The translations under genes were made by a program, and so were the position numbers. Of a DNA stretch of 64,000 nt, positions 25,666 through 40,103 are shown piece by piece. Below the pieces are notes generated by a model. That model was not told the origin of the DNA and searched no databases. It was given only the letters and a program-made list of their open reading frames with translations. The stretch's first letter is position 1. Each line of letters opens with the position of its first letter. This DNA comes from Squalus acanthias (lineage: Eukaryota), in NCBI GenBank assembly GCA_030390025.1, contig CM059432.1, positions 128,032,001 through 128,096,000 on the forward strand, read 5' to 3'.

Positions 25666-26629
25666 TGAGCTTTGTAAATGGGGATTCTTGTGTGGAGAAA
25701 AAATGGACCCTTCATCAGCTCGAGACCTGATGGAATAACATAAGGATTACTGACAGTGAACTGGAGTGTGGGCCAGGCCATTGAAGCAGTCCAAAAGTAC
25801 AGGAATTAGCATCCTTGTTCTTTGGATGCTGATCCGAAATGGAAGGTGGTTCCTAGCTCAGTACTGGAATGGGCCATAAACAAACATTTCTCCTCCGAGA
25901 TAGTTTTTTAAACTACCTCTCTGTAGCACTACCCTCATTTAAAATGCTTTATTACGAGGTATTCAAATTGCAATGCCAAGATGATTCAGCTTTTATTTTT
26001 ATAGCAAAAAAAAGTATTAACCGATCCAGAGACCTCAAGTGAACTTTTTTAAATTTGCACATAATATCCTGATGTAATTTTGACAAAAGTGAAGTTTGGA
26101 ATTAAAAATATCAAACAGTTAAGTTTAGGCTGGCATGACTTACTTTCTTCTCATCCTGCCTACTCAAGCTGTTGGAGTTGTCAGTACTGTGCCATGCTGG
26201 TAGCCAGTGTTTGAACAGGGCCATACTGACAACCAGTGTTGTACCACATTGGCTGCTCGGTCTAAATACCAACTTCCATTTACAAATTTGTCCATAATCA
26301 TATGTTGTTAGGCATTTAAATTTATGTATTTGGTTTGCACAAATTACTGAGTAGCAACGTATGATGAGGGATTTTTGTTATATTAACTACCACCCGAGTG
26401 CACTTGTTTTAATTTTAAAGCCTTAGACTGACGGGGATAAAGCTCCCTCTCTGCATTGAGCGATTTTATAAGTTTTCAGCTCGTATGTCATGATACAGAA
26501 ATAATCGCTAATATTATAGAAATATCAGGAGTAGCTTTATTACAGTAACATTAGAATTAGAATTATTAACTCTAGAATTAGCACAAACCCTTAACTTTTT
26601 AATTAAAAATGTATTTTATCTTCCCTGAT

Positions 26630-26980
26630 GGCTCAAAGGGTTCATCCAGGGAGTAACTGAGCTTTACAAACCAGTTCAGTTCTCGGTTGAGCTCAGCTGG
26701 AGTGCAGTACAATTGGCTTCAGAGCTCATGGGTTTGAAGTGACAAATCATCCCGCTCCTGATATCTATCCCATGACCCTTCCTGGAAATGTCTGTATGCA
26801 TGGTCATTGGGTGAGAATAGGAATTGGCTTGTCTGTAATGCCTCCTGTGGTCAAGTAGGCTGCCAATACTCACTGTCTAGGTTCACACCTGAATAATAGC
26901 TACTTGGGCAAGGATCCACCGTGTGACTGGCACCCATAGAACTGTACCCCAGCAAGAGCCAACACCTGAAGAGTGGAGGT
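26630..26980 (+). mobile_element. Old SINE-like repeat (related inverted copy at ~43700-43930)
   Basis: Motifs tgacccttcctggaaatgt, gggtgagaatagga and gaactgtaccccagcaagag recur as degenerate reverse complements at 43700-43930. Confidence 0.45.
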
Positions 26981-27989
26981 AGAAAAAACTAACATTAAAA
27001 AAAAGTTTTATGTACCTTGCCCTATTGCCCATATTTTTCCTCTTATTCTCTCTTTTCTCATTAACCTTCCGCCTTTTAAAAATTTTTTACTTCAATCTTT
27101 TGCCCTGTATATGCTGTTGTATCTTTTCTATTTCCTTTTTTTAAAGGAGATGGGAGCAAGTTTTTGCTTTATCCTTAGAATGTAAAAATAATATTCCAAG
27201 GCAATATGTAGAACCTTTGCCAGTGACGGTTCCTACTCCGCTTTCTTCCATTCACTGAGTATGAATCCTAAATTTTGAAAGTAGGTAATGAGTTATTCTT
27301 TTTCATTCTGGTACAATTCTTTACTACCTACAGATGCTGCTAGATGAAGGAGTCATTCCCAAGTTCTGAGTGTCTATTTTGCTGCTGTTTTTGTCTGTCG
27401 CGCACTTCTGGTATGGATTATGATGGGGGAACACGTGTTTTTTAGGTGTCCCCTTTTATGGGATTTGAATTTGGTCCTCGGTAATTGCCAGGATCTTTTG
27501 GTCCATGGGTTCCCATGATCTTTAATTGCTGATCTGTACTGGCTCTCATATCAGCTTAAAGAGTAAGAAAATTCAGTACAATGGGAATAGATGTACCATA
27601 TCTTCTTCAACACATGGATAGGGCAGTTTTTAAGTTCTCTTTTCCTTTTTTGCCTGGGTTTCACTTATCTCAGGAAATGACAATGCCAACATTTTGTCAT
27701 CTCATGTTCTTTCATTGAAATGAGATATCACTTAGTTGACATGCACAGAGCACAAGCCTAATATGCAGGGAGGGTGGATGAACTTCACCAATCCAATATA
27801 TTTCCCTTCGAAACAAGTCTCTGAATTTCCTGTGGCTGAGAGTTAGAGTAGAGTCACTCTGGCTGGAGTAGCTCTTCCCTGTTGGAACAGCATGGCACTG
27901 TTCTGATTTGCCAGGCCTCTTTTGCGGTGGCTGCTGATGATATCTCCTCACAGGGTATAGAGCTGGAGAGACAGCAGAAGTAAGATGAG

Positions 27990-28560
27990 GAGGAATTTGT
28001 AACCAAGAAGAGAGATTTTAAATGAAATCCAAAATTTGTAACTGAGGACAAGAATTTCACATTTGATGCATTGGGAGATGGGGAGCCAGTGGCGCTCGGT
28101 GAGGACAGAAATAATGGGAGGTTGTGAAAATTAGTAATCAAGTAGGGCAATAGGTAGGCAACAGAGTTTTAGAAAAATTGTGCTGCTTATAGGAGTTTGG
28201 GAGGTTGTTCAGGACATTTGAGAAGTCAAGTCTTAAAGTAACAAAAGAATGGATAAGGGTTTCAATGGCAGAGGGGTTTGAAATATGGTAAAGGCTAGCA
28301 GTGTTGTGAAGATGGAAGTAAACTGTCTTAATGATGGATAGAATATGGTGTTTGAAGCTCGGGGTCGACCAGGACATTAAAATTGCGCCATCTAGTTAAG
28401 CCTGATTGAGTACCTGGGGAAAGGGACAAGTCAGGATATGGAGCCTTTGGCAGGAGCCAAGTAAGATGGCTTCAGTTTTTCAATAGTTCTACTGGAGGAA
28501 TTTCTGGCTCATCTACAACTTGATGTTAGATGGGCAGTCAGATAACCGAGGTTGTGGTGC
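27990..28560 (-). mobile_element. Degenerate L2 fragment
   Basis: ORF 28138-28377(-) KTVYFHLHN...ETLIHSFVTLRLDFSN. Confidence 0.65.
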
Positions 28561-29639
28561 AGAGTCAATGCTCCAGCTGGCCTGGAGGTGTATGCCCTGG
28601 GAGCCCCTCCTGCTTTGTTATTTTATATTTAGGCTCAGTTTAAAACTGTTGGTAAACTTTTTAATTCTCTTGTTTGGAATTCAGAAAAGGCATCTTTTTA
28701 TATTTAGTGCATTATCAGAGCAGCAATAGTTCTTTCTGTATCAGAAGACATTTTGATATGCTTGTAAATCTCCAGTGGTTTACTGGAGGAAAAAGGATGA
28801 CTTTTAGCTGTGTTTGTTCTAACAGGCTGAGTGAGAGGTTACAGCATGATCTCTGGAACAAGAGAGAATAATAGGTATTCTATAATACAATTTTTTTTTA
28901 AATGAGCGAGACAGCGTGTGAGAGAAAGAAAAATACTATTTTTTTTTTACTATTTCCCAATAATTCATGGCTGATTAAGTTCATCTAATCTTGAAGTGAT
29001 GCTCTCACAAATTTAACTCTGCAGTGAGGACATTAAGCAAGATCAAGTGACTGGTAATGGCACAGAGATAGTAGATCAGATTTTAGTTTTATCAAAGAAA
29101 TCAACAATAATGGATAGATAGGAGTAATTACAATCTAATTTTGAAGTTCAAATGAAAATTAACTATTAAAACTGTGGTCTTGTGACTTACAAAGTCACCT
29201 GATCCTTTCAATGCAATTATCTTGTAAAGATCTCAACCCATTATTCTTCTTACACTAGCAATAAACCTATATGTAAGGATGGGATTTTAAACTGTTTATA
29301 ATCTTCCGTATGGAAGAATATTAAATCATGAATGAAAAATCTTTTGTACACCACGAATAATTATGCTACAATATGAACAGTAGCAATAATGTCATTTTAT
29401 GACATAACTTTTTTAAAATTAAAGTCAATAATGCTGGAGTGTATATTGCAATTAAAGCCGTCCTTATTCTTTGATACAGTAAAATAACAACAGTACAGAT
29501 CTAATCTACGCCAGATCATAAAGAGAAATACCAAGGGTTTGGTATGTGGAGGTTAAATTTGTTGCCAAGAATGAGATGTTGTAAACCACCAATCATCCCC
29601 AATATTCAGTCTCTATATACAATAAGGAAATACATGAAA

Positions 29640-31075
29640 ATAGTTCCAGAGGACATAGACAGACTGGTGAAATGGATAGACACAATGCAGAGAAGTGTGA
29701 ATTGGTGCATTTTGGAAGGAAGCATAAGGAGTGGCAATATAAACTAAATGGTACAATTTTAAAGGGGGTACAGGAACAAAGAGACCTGAGGGGGTTCACA
29801 GATATAAATCTTTGAAGATGGCAGGACCATGCTGATATGGCTTTTTTTTTAAAAAAAAAGTATATGGAACCCTTGGCTTTATAAATAGAGGCATAGAGTA
29901 CAAAAGCAAGGAAGTTATGCAAAACCTCTGTAAATCACTGGTTAGGCCTTATCTGGAGTATTGTGTCCAATTCTGGATAACACACTTTAGGAAGGATGTC
30001 AAGAGGGTGCAGAGGAGATTTACTAGAACGGTACCAGAGATGAGGGACTGCAGTTATTTGAAGAGACTAGAGAAACTGGGATTGTTCCCCTTGCAGCAGA
30101 GAAGGTTAAGGGGAGATTTAATAGAGGTGTTCAAAATTATGAAGGGTTTTGATAGAGTAAATAAGGAGAAACTGTTTCCACTGGCAGGTGGGTCGGTAAC
30201 CAGAGGACACAGATTTAAGATGATTGCCAAAAGAACCAGAGGGGAGATGAGGTGATTTATTTTAATGCAGCAAGTTGTTATGATCTGGATTGCGCTGCCT
30301 GAAAGGGTGGTGGAAGCAGATTCAATAATAACATTCAAAAGGGAATTGGATAAATACTTGAAAAGGAAAAGTTTTCAGGGCTACAGGGAAGTGGAGGGTT
30401 ATGGGACTAATTGAATAGCTCTTTCAAAGATGGGCTCGTTCCGTGGTGTATGATTCTATGTTTAAGAAGGTGAGGAAAATAATTACATTAGTTATAATCT
30501 TCCAAAACTTGCTGGATTTGGGGATAATATCAATGAATCGGAAGGTAGCAAATGTTGCACCTTTATTCAAAATAGGAGGAAGGGACACTAAGAAACTGCA
30601 TGACTAAAAGTTTAGCGCCATAATGGGAAAATCCATTGCTAGGGACAGGGTATTAAAAGTACTTGGAATAGTATAAAGTGATTAGGGAGAGAGGAGTTTG
30701 TGAAAGGTAAGTCATGCCTGGCTGACCTAATAAAGTTCTCTAACAACGAACTGAGGTATTAGATAGAGGTGGATCAATGGATATCCTATACATTGATATT
30801 GATAAAGTTCTTCAAAAGAAATTACTATCTAAAACTAAGGCTCATGGAATTGGAAGCAGCCTTGTGACATGGTGAGGCAATTGGTTGGGATGTAGGAGAA
30901 GGAGTTGGGATAAAAGGGACATTCTCCAGTTGGGGAGAAATGATAAGTAGTGGTCCCAAAGATTTGTCCTTTGGGGGGCGGGGAGGGGCAGCTTTTCACT
31001 CTGTATATACAAGTGATCTGGGTTTGGGAATAGAAGGCAATATATCCAAATTTGCAAATGATATTAAACAAATGT
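29640..31075 (+). mobile_element. CR1 3' fragment (~29640-30460) followed by an older CR1 RT fragment (~30460-31075)
   Basis: ORF 29917-30255 LVRPYLEYCVQFW...; tail tatgattctatg at ~30450; KFANDIK remnant at ~31050. Confidence 0.75.
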
Positions 31076-32169
31076 ACAGTGAATTGTGAACAAAAATGCG
31101 TAACATTTCAAAAAGACCGGGATTAAGGAAGTTGTTGGTTCGAAGGTGATCAGGTATTCCATTGTACAGGATGATTCTTTGATGCTGGAACATGGTGTTG
31201 ATCATCTCTAGTATGCAGACAGTCAATATTAGGGATGTGGGGATGGATAAATATGCTGGAATTTTATTTAGTTAGCTTTGGGGCGTAGGGAACATTCAGG
31301 AACTGAAGTGGTTGGGATAAGATCTATAGTAGATTTTACACATTCAGTCAATGGAAGTAACCCAATGAGCCATATGGTCAAATATCAAGTATTTGTGAGG
31401 TACCCTATACTTTTATAATACACAACTTCAGGCACTTCTTAAAATGGGGGTGTGACTTATAAACTGGTATGGTCTTTACACAGGTTTTACAGCATTCATG
31501 GTCTGCAACCTCAATAACAGTATAGCTTACCTTGTATAAATGGGAAATCAATACATTTTTTGTTTTTAACATGATCTTTTAGGTTTTTCTTTTATTGATG
31601 ACTGTATGCTCAAGTTTAATGTTTTAATATGCTTATTTTATCCATTTCATACACATTTCATTCTTAACAGAGAAAATGAACAAAGGTCTGTTTAAGTAAG
31701 AGTTAAAACTGTCAATAAGCAGGTTGGATGATAGTCCCATGGCACTTACATAGCGGTCTTTGCTCATATATTATGTAAGAACCTTTGAATTATTGAAAGA
31801 AATCCTGCATTAATGGAAAGCATTAAGTCTGTAGTTCAGCTACCTTACGCAATATGTTGATCAAAATGAACAATTCATAGATGAGATTAAAACGTGAATG
31901 CAGGTACAAGTGAACAAGATTAATAGAAAAAAACCCATAAAACTAATAAAATGAATTTAATTTAAGGTATACTTATGCCCAGAATTTATATAACATTAAT
32001 AATGAAAAATACATCATGTGTAAGTCTACTGAAGCACTATCCGTATATAGTTGTATCCTTTCTTATTTCTGTATTTCATAAACAAGTCCAAGCCAAGCTA
32101 AGGCTTGTGTGGCACCCGGTGAAGCAAAATGGCAGACGAATTGCAGTTCTATGCTGACTAGAATAACAT

Positions 32170-34340
32170 AAAGGGCTTTGAGAATATACTTAAGACAGTA
32201 TATGGCCTACAATCTAGTGGCTCCACTAATGTTACGAGCACTGATAAAACCACTCTTCTCCTAGACAAATATCAGATCCTGAAAATATGGGATGACCATT
32301 TCCAAAACCGTCTAAATAAGAGAAAAAAGACTTGCATTTCTATAGCTCCTTTCACGACCTCAGGATGTCCCAAAGCACTTTACAGCTAATGAAGTACTTT
32401 TGAAGTGTAGTCACTGTTGTAATCTAAGGAAACAAGACAGCCAATTTGCACACAGCAATGTCCCACAAACAGCAATGAGATAATGACCAGACCATCTGTA
32501 ATAGGTGTAGGTTGAGGGATAAATAATGGCCAGGACATTGGGGAGAACTCCCCTGCCCATCTTCGAATAGTGCCGTGGGATCTTTTACATTCACCCGAGA
32601 GGGCAGAAGGGGCCTCGGTTTAACATCTCATCCGAAAGACAGCACCTCCGACAGCTCAGCACTCCCTCAGTACTGCACTGGAATGTCGGCCTTGATTTTG
32701 TGCTCTAGTCTCTGGAGTGGGGCTTGACCCCACAACCTTCTGACTCAAAGGGGAGAGTGCTACCAACTGAACCACAGCTAACATCAAATATCAATGATAA
32801 GGCCATCGATCAGCTGCCTCAGTTTGCCATCAATGATATAGTTGCAAAAGAACCCACTATCTCAGATCGAAAAGACCATCCAGTTGCTCTCAAATGGGAA
32901 TGCACTTGGTTCTGATATCCCAGCTGAGATATACAAAGCTGATGGCCACTATTTAGTCAAACGCCTCAACAAACTATTTCAACCTATGTGGCGCTCAGGA
33001 AAGGTTCTTCCAGGAGTTCAAAGATGTTTCAATTGTCCACCTCTACAAGGGAATGTGAAATCATTTCATCTGTGATTTACTTGTCATTGCTGGAAAAATC
33101 CTTGCAAGAGTGATGTTCAATTGCTTAATTCAACACGTTGCTGAAAACATTATACCAGATAGTCAATGTGGGTTCAGAAAGGCATGAGGCACAACTGATC
33201 TTCACAGCCAGACAGTTCCAAGAAAAATGTAGGAAGCAAAATGTAAGCTACTGTGTCTTTGTTGATCTGACAGGCATTTGACACTGTCAGTAGAGGTCTT
33301 CTCTGGAAAATCTTCTCCTTGGGTGTCCATACAAATTTATTGAAATGATCAAGCAGTTCCGTGATGATCAGCGTGATGTTTGGGATAATTCCATCTTTTC
33401 CTCTTTACAAATGGTCTTAAGCACAGATGATTCCTTGCACTTTGCAGTGTTTTGTTTGCTATGCTTCTTGTGGCTTTCAATAATTTCGAAATCAGTTGAG
33501 ATCAGATTCAGAACAGGTGGGCAGTTCTTCAACCTTAGGCGACATGCTTGAAGAATCTGTTCATGAACTCCTACTTGCTGATGACTATGCTCTCGTGGCC
33601 CATCCCTGGATGATATGCAAGCAATCATGAACCACTTTGCAACAGGTTGCCTGCAATTTGGCATGACTATCAACCTTAAATTGACAGTGGTGCTCTTCAA
33701 ACCAGCCCCAGGCAAAAATTACACTCCACCTAGCATCACTATCAGTGATCACACACTTCAGGCTATGGACAGATTCACCTACCTGGGTAGCACACTGTCT
33801 AGAGAAGTCCATATCAATACAGACGCATCCTGCAGAATCATCAAAGCCAGCTTAGTTTTTGGCAAACTCTGGGACAAGAGAGACAGCAGCCTGCAGACCA
33901 AGCTCAAAGTATACAGGGCTGTCATTCAGACAACCCTGCTTTATGTAAAGTTGGGCATCATATGCACACCACATTCAGAAACTATTACTTTCTCTGAAGC
34001 TGCCTGAGACAACTAATGAGGATAAGATGGCAAGATCCCTGCGACCAAAGTTCTTGTATTTAAAAAAAAAAAAAAAAGTTGACATACCAAGTATAGATGC
34101 TCTGATCATGAAGGCACAGCTATGCTGGTCAAGCCATGGGTGCAAATGTCTGATGAACAAATCCTAAAAAAATCTTTTATGGCACACTGACTACCAGGAA
34201 GCAACAGCAAAAGTGTTACAAAAACTGCTTAAAAGTAACCCTGATGTAGTGCAAAATAGACATCCATAAGTGAGAACAACTTGCTCAAGATGAGAAAGCA
34301 TGGCGAAAAACCAGTCATGAAGGGACCCCCTACTATGAGG
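32170..34340 (+). mobile_element. Degenerate RTE-clade LINE interrupted by a DeuSINE
   Basis: GSDIPAEIYK; QFGMTINLK..VLFKPAPGKNYTPPSITI...FTYLGSTLS; LQTKLKVYRAV, all typical of RTE ORF2. Confidence 0.75.
32320..32783 (-). mobile_element. DeuSINE, near full length
   Basis: Reverse complement of the 21848-22288 family. Confidence 0.8.
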
Positions 34341-34379
34341 CCTGTTGTATTGCTGATGCTGAATGTAAATGCCAGCTGA

Positions 34380-36461
34380 GGAAGTCGCGCCTGAAAATCA
34401 AGATCCCCAACCTGGTGTATCTGGAATCCACTGTTCACTCTGGACGCTCATCGTTGTGCCTTTTGTAAATAGAAAGGAATACCACAATGTACAGCTAATG
34501 GTTGATCACCGGGAACAACATGCAGGTCTGTGCAAGGTATCCAGGGAGCTGCCACAATGCTTTTAGACTCAGACACTCTACCACCTCCCCGTTATTCAGT
34601 TGTGTTAAGAAATTGCAGGTTTGCTGCTAAGGGACAAATATGACCGCTGCAGATTTGGCTGATTCCACGCCCGTGTAACCCCACCACGCCCAAGCACCAC
34701 AGATGGAATCTAAGCGTATCACTCATTGTGGTCTGCTGCATATTGCACAAGATTGAATTGCAGTGAGGCCAGTATTTGGACAAGGCAGCGCAGCCGCCAT
34801 CTGACAGGAAGACCAGGGTGAAGGAAGGCCAGAGGTGTCCGGGATCAGCTCATAGCTCAACAATTTCACTGAGCTGCTCATAACCCTGCAAGTAAAACTT
34901 AGACAGAGTTCAGTCCTTGTTACGTCCTTCACCACTCCCATCATCCTGCATTGAAGAACATTCAAACAACTTCTATATCAATGACATTCTGACAATGCAG
35001 ACTCAAGCTGCTATTAAATCACACTGCAGACCAAAGTGCCAAATGTGATTAAAGGTGATTAATTTAATGCCAAAGGTATACAAGTAATATGCAGACACCC
35101 TGCTTGAGTAAGCCAGCAACCTCTTTTTTCCCCGATGCTAATGACCCTGCCTGGGCCAATGATATCCAGGTGGTCTTGCTCTGTGTGCGGTCAATGATAT
35201 TGAGGACTCCTTCCCCTGTCTTCCTTTCTCTGGTATTGTGTCTTGTCCTGCATAAAGAATAAGTGAAAGTTTGTGAGTGCATGTTGAGAAGGTGAGTGAA
35301 GATGTGTGGGATTTGTGCATATAGTTTCTGATGAGAGATATACAAGAAGCAAGATGGATTGAGGATGGAGAAGTTCTGAATGTAAAGGGAAGTCTGCAAT
35401 GTGAAATGAGGAAGAAGTGGTGGGAGTAGTTGGTGATTGTGCAAGTGGCAGTATGTGAGAAGAGAATGTTGTCAGTGTCTGGTGTGGAGAGAGGAAAGAA
35501 GTAAGTGTGTTTGGAATGAGTAAGAGGGGTATTTTAGTGTGCCTGGTGATTGTATGCTGAAGGGTGTGATAGAGAGGAGGTAATAGTTGAGTGATTGGGG
35601 GTTAGGGGGTGTATTGAGTGCTGTGCGATGTTGGCGAGAGAGGTGTACACATCCTTGTTGCTCTTGTCAGTTCATTTAAACCTCTTTCTACATTGAACTC
35701 AGGTCTTGGGAGGTGATGCTGTTGGCACAGACCCCGTCATCCACCCCTCTCCAGCCTGAGGCAGATTTTAGGGAGCTAGGAAAGAGATTAAAAAGCAGGA
35801 CCTCAAAGGTAGTAATCTCCGGATTACTCCCGATGCCACGCACGAGTGAGTATAGAAATAGGAGGATAGAGCAGATGAATGCGTGGCTGGGAGAGATGGT
35901 GCAGGAGGGAGGGCTTCAGATTCCTGGGGCATTGGGGCCGGTTCTGGGGGAGCTAGGACTTGTACAGGCTGCACCTCAACAGGGCTGGAACCAATATCCT
36001 TGCAGGAAGGTTTGCGATTGCTGTTGGGGAGGGTTTAAACTAATTTGGCAGGGGGATGGGCACCAGGATGTAACATTAGAATGGGGAAATAAAGTGCTCA
36101 AAGGATTGGGAGAGGCAAAGAGCACTAAAGTAAGAAATGGTAAGGTATTAGGTGGGGTCAAACAGCCAACAAATCTTGCACAATAGAACAACTTGCATTT
36201 ATACAGCGTCTTTAACATAGTAAAACGGGATGCAATCTTGCTTTAAGAGGAGCATCTCTGCTTTAAATAGGCCTCGGGAATCGTGCCGGAAATTGCACAA
36301 TGGAGGTGGGCAGGCTACCCAATTCTGCAGACAATCAGGAGGGTAGCCCTTCCTTCAAATATTAATGAGGCCCGGGAGTTAAAATGACCCGGGCTTCACG
36401 CTGACGATGTCGTGGGGCCTTGCCGCCCATCCTGTATTCCACCCCCAATTAAAATCCACCC
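34380..36461. mobile_element. Decayed Harbinger transposon: transposase relic (+, ~34400-34800), probable convergent Myb/SANT relic (-, to ~35750), TIR-like end at ~36461
   Basis: FVNRKEYHNVQLMVDH / MQVCARYPGSCHNAF / IVVCCILHK match HARBI1-type motifs (NRKGYHS.NVQ, ARYPGS.HD, CC.LHN). Confidence 0.6.
35755..36160 (+). mobile_element. CR1 ORF1 (SGNH esterase-like) fragment inserted in the Harbinger relic
   Basis: FRELGKRLKSRTSKVVISGLLPMPR...RNRRIEQMNAWL. Confidence 0.65.
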
Positions 36462-39019
36462 TTAAAACTTTACAATTAGCCAAAATCTTTGCTGTTATGC
36501 AGTAAGTACATAATTTAAAAATGTACTCAAGTTTTTAAATAAAAAGAGAAATATAATTTTATACATATATTAAATCAATAGAAGGAATCATGAAAAGGAT
36601 AATTATGTCGAGTAAAGAAGTAATCTGAGGATTTGAAGTCAAATAGTCGAGAGAAATTTTAACACATTGATGGAGAGCAAATGGAATGCAAATAATATGG
36701 GGTTAACAAACTAGATTTTTAATATTCCTTTTAATCTATCTATTGCATATTAAAACAGTCAAAAGATCCCTAATTGAGTGCAATGGGGCAGCAACTCGCG
36801 TTACATGACAGCCGCTGACTGAACAGTCAATAGTGCAAAAATCCCAAATAATTGCAGTGCGAGCCACCCAACGTAAAAGTAAGGTGGAACAAATGTACTG
36901 GCTATCCTAATGTAGTGAAACGGCTTCATGAATTCAAATGCCATGTGTTTGCTGGTCGTTCAGTGAATGTTAATGCAGAAGTAAGCAAGCTAAACAGTGA
37001 CTGTAAAAGTATCAGGATACACGAGAGGAAGCTTATTTTAAAAAATGGCTTAAATGATGGTATTGCATACCAAACCCTCCACCTGACATCTTCCTGCATA
37101 AATTGGCTAAAATCTGTCGACATCGCTCTTGCTTAAATGTGATCACCACACAAGAAGATATCCCACCCCACACCCGATCACACTGACTAAACATCACTTG
37201 GCAGGCCCCAAACAGAAACTGAATATACCCGCCAACCGTCATAGCAGCAACAGACCCAAAGTCATAGAGAAGTGAACTTCTTACGCAACAGACATACTCA
37301 TCAGATTGTGTGGAGAGAAGAGAAGCTCACTGAGGTTGTTTCACTGCCTTTGCTCCTCCAGACCCCCTCTCTCCCCATTTCCTACTTCCTGCACCCATTC
37401 CTTCTCTTGCTTCTTGCTTGCTCCAGTCCTCTCCCATATTCCCCTTCTTCCTCTTCTCCCCATCCTCCTCTCTCCATTCGACTCACTATCTCCATGCCAC
37501 CGATCACTCTGTCTTACCCCTTCCCCAGCTGGGGCCAATTATCCACCCCTCCCCATCCCCCAAACCCTGCTTGTCTTGATCTTGACTCCCTGTGAAATGT
37601 CACGAGATTAACGAGTTATATATGAAAAATGGTGAATGGTCTCAACATTCTAAACTTATTGCACCTGTAGGTGCTGCTGTGAGCATAATGTTATGCCACC
37701 TAACGTTACTTAATCATCAATTATTTTAAGCCCTTTGTCATTTCTAACTGCAGTAGTTAGCATTCACCACAGGGTGGCACTTCAGAAGTGCATTTTCCAG
37801 AGAAGAGCAGACATTCTGCTAAAGCTACATAAGGGTAATTCCATTGTACTCCCCTCAGGACTCGCATAAATCGTGTTTTCACGTGTGTGCGCGTGTCCAC
37901 CATTCCTGTTTTTCCAAATAGCATGGGTTCTACTCCTGAGGCTCGCTTCACTTGCCAGCTCCTTCTGTTTTGCTGCTGTATTGCCACTACTGCTGTACCT
38001 CTTTACTCTGGCATTTGTTAAATGGCTGCGCCAGCTGCTTGGCCATTCTGCCTGCCACTGCTAGCTGCTTTGTTGTCTTTGCTCAATTGCTTGCCCACCT
38101 GCCTGACTCGCTGCTCTTGTAGTACTGTGGCCCTGTCCCTTGCTGTCTCTGCTCCCCACCCTCTTCTCCATAGATCTTTGCTGACTAATGCAAAATTGGG
38201 TTATAAATGCTGCCTCTTCCAGTCCCTTCCGATTAGCTTCTCAATGGCCCCAAGAATAGCCTTAATCTTTAATTTTGTTAACTGCAGCCTGTGACTTAAT
38301 TCATGTAATTGTTGTATAAGGGCCCTTTCAATTTATTAACTTTTCAGTTTGTTAGTTTATTAACCTCCAATTCCTGTCCTCATCATCTGTCCTCTTCCTC
38401 CTCTCTCTCCCTGCCCTTATTTTTCTTAACTCCTCCCTCCCCTGATGTCTTCTCTCCTTTTGGTTTCTCCCCATCTTTCCCCTCCCCATCCCATCCCTTT
38501 TCCTTTTCCTTCCCCTCCCCCTTCCTCCATTCTCTTCCCACCTGCCCTGTCCTACTTCCCCCACCTACTACAACTGTATAAATCTTTAAGTAAACAATGA
38601 TTGCTTTTGAATTCCCAGTATAGTAAATTATGTCTGTGACTATTTCTCCCTTTTTCTGTCTCTCTCTCTCTCTGCATCGCTCTCATGAAAAGCTTCTAAA
38701 AATTACCTTCCAGCTTATTAAATAATTTGTAAAATCAAACTCACCATCTGAGGATGGACACACTTCGACTTTTGCACTGAGAAATATAAAATATTTACAT
38801 AAACAATCATTCTTTTTGAATTCTCAGTGTAAGCATGAACAGTCCTCTGATCAATTTCTTTCTCTCAGAAGTAAAATAAATAAATAACCACTTTGTTTTT
38901 CTTTGAAACTTTACCTTAGAGATTTTAAGATTCATCCTCCTGATTATTTTCAGATCGTTTGGGGGGGAAAAAAATCTGAGAAACACTATTATAGCCTGAA
39001 GAAAGACTCACTTCCAATT

Positions 39020-39428
39020 GGTAGCACTCTCACCTCTGAGTCAAGCCCCACTCAGAGCAGAAAATCTAGATTGACACTCAAGTGCAGTACTGAGCTTGTG
39101 CTGTGCTATTGAAAGTGTCGTCTTTCAGATGAGACGTTAAACCGAGGCCCTGTCTGCCCCCTCAGGTGCATGTAAAAGATCCTACGACACTATTTCAAAG
39201 AAGAGTAGGGGAGTTCTCCATGGTGTCCTGGCCAATATTTATCTTTCTACCAACATCACTAAAACAGATTATCTAGTCATTATCACATTGTTGTTTGTGG
39301 GACCATGCTGTGCATAAATTTGCTGCTGCGTTTCCTAAATTACAACAGTGACTACACTTCATTGGCTGTATAGCGCTTTGGGACAGCCTGGGCTCATGAA
39401 ATATGCTATATAAATGCAAGTCTTTCTT
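39020..39428 (+). mobile_element. DeuSINE
   Basis: Same core and tail as 21848-22288. Confidence 0.8.
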
Positions 39429-40103
39429 TAAACTGTATTTTTCTTTGTTTAACTTCCCTTATTTTAGATCTCCACACAAAGTTCCTTTCTGACTGAGCAG
39501 CTGGCCTGTCACCAATTGCTTGGGCTGTTTATTTTCTTCAAATCAAGCTGGCGGTACTGTGCCAAATTATGCAGTGCATCTCTTCATGTGCTAAAGAAAG
39601 CAGAGCATTTTTTTTTGGAAAGGCAGTCTACTGATTTTCTTATTACTAGCAAGCAAACACTACTTAAAACCATAGGTATGGTTCTACAAGTTCTGCTTAT
39701 TGTAGTATCCACAGTTTTTAATCCGGAAACAAAACCATATATATATCTATAGTCACATGGAATTTTGGTTCATTAGTGGGAGTCAGCCAATTGTGGTTTA
39801 TTCTGCTTTAGAACTAGAACCGGTACAGACAAGACCAGAAGTTATTGCAAATAAAACATTGATTTGTGTCCAATATTACAGTAATAACTAATTTCCTATG
39901 ATCGTTCATGTGTCTTAAAGCTGCATTTCCTGTAGGTTTTTATGATTATGAGCAGATGTATATTATCTTTTATATATTGAATTCAGTATGAGGTGCATAT
40001 TTCAGTGAAAACTCATATGTACCTGCAATACCTGTTACTCCAATAGGTGACACAGTGATAGGCATTTTCAATGTTAAAAGTAACACAATAGCTGCTATTT
40101 TAT

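Noticed and set aside
25162..25738. Stacked 157-179 aa ORFs
   Set aside because: Artefact of the CT-rich tract, which lacks stop codons. The same applies to 37272-37611 and 38309-38581.
31671..31697. Candidate extra microexon (ttaacag|agaaaatgaacaaag|gtctgt)
   Set aside because: Weak donor, in-frame stop and no homology support.
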